Part shown: positions 63,744-64,000 of the stretch, in pieces | How positions within the stretch are numbered: position 1 is the stretch's first letter | Layout: each line of letters starts with the position of its first letter | Source: Phoronis australis | Taxonomy: Eukaryota; Animalia; Phoronida | Direction of reading: 5' to 3' | Assembly (NCBI GenBank): GCA_002633005.1 | Contig: NMRA01000287.1 | Span: 62,001 to 126,000 of the forward strand | DNA: 64,000 nucleotides | Translations under genes and position numbers: made by a program | Notes under the pieces: model-generated | Databases searched by the model: none | The model's input: the letters and a program-made list of their open reading frames with translations, nothing else | Told to the model about the DNA's origin: nothing

Positions 63744-64000
63744 GTAGACATTAAATGTGTCCACGAAAAACATACCGAAGTTTAACGCACTAAATATGTG
63801 AAATTACACTTCGTACAGATACAGGTATTTACTTAGTAAAACTGCCATATTCCTTGATGGGGAAATGTTACTATGGAAACAGAATATTGATGAAAAAGTC
63901 AAAATCACGTTATTTGCATTGGACGCTTTGTCGTTGTTTTTTCTGTGCAATAATTGCTGTGTTGAAACATGTGGTCTATGTCCTACTTAAACTTTTTAGC

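Overview
Eukaryotic, AT-rich, repeat-dense genomic DNA from a draft scaffold with N gaps; the repeat types suggest a marine invertebrate, but the species cannot be determined. Most entries in the supplied ORF track are spurious. Two spliced host genes can be rebuilt with frame-consistent GT-AG junctions: a ~160-aa four-TM MS4A/CD20-like gene (minus strand, 9192 to 5490) and four exons of a 5'-incomplete vWA-domain gene (plus strand, 61671-63743). The rest is mostly mobile DNA: two Kolobok-type elements with TTAA target duplications (one keeps an intact THAP domain), Penelope-like GIY-YIG fragments with a non-canonical hammerhead-like motif, LINE RT remnants, tRNA-derived SINEs, several MITE/foldback families, a higher-order satellite-like array and minisatellites. 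Three apparent tandem duplications joined by a single N are probably uncollapsed haplotypes. They expose filled and empty alleles, including a 674-bp Kolobok insertion and a 24-bp P-element-like remnant. No CRISPR array or prokaryotic system is supported. The best leads are the variant ribozyme-like motif, the ultra-short P-like remnants and the THAP/Kolobok family.
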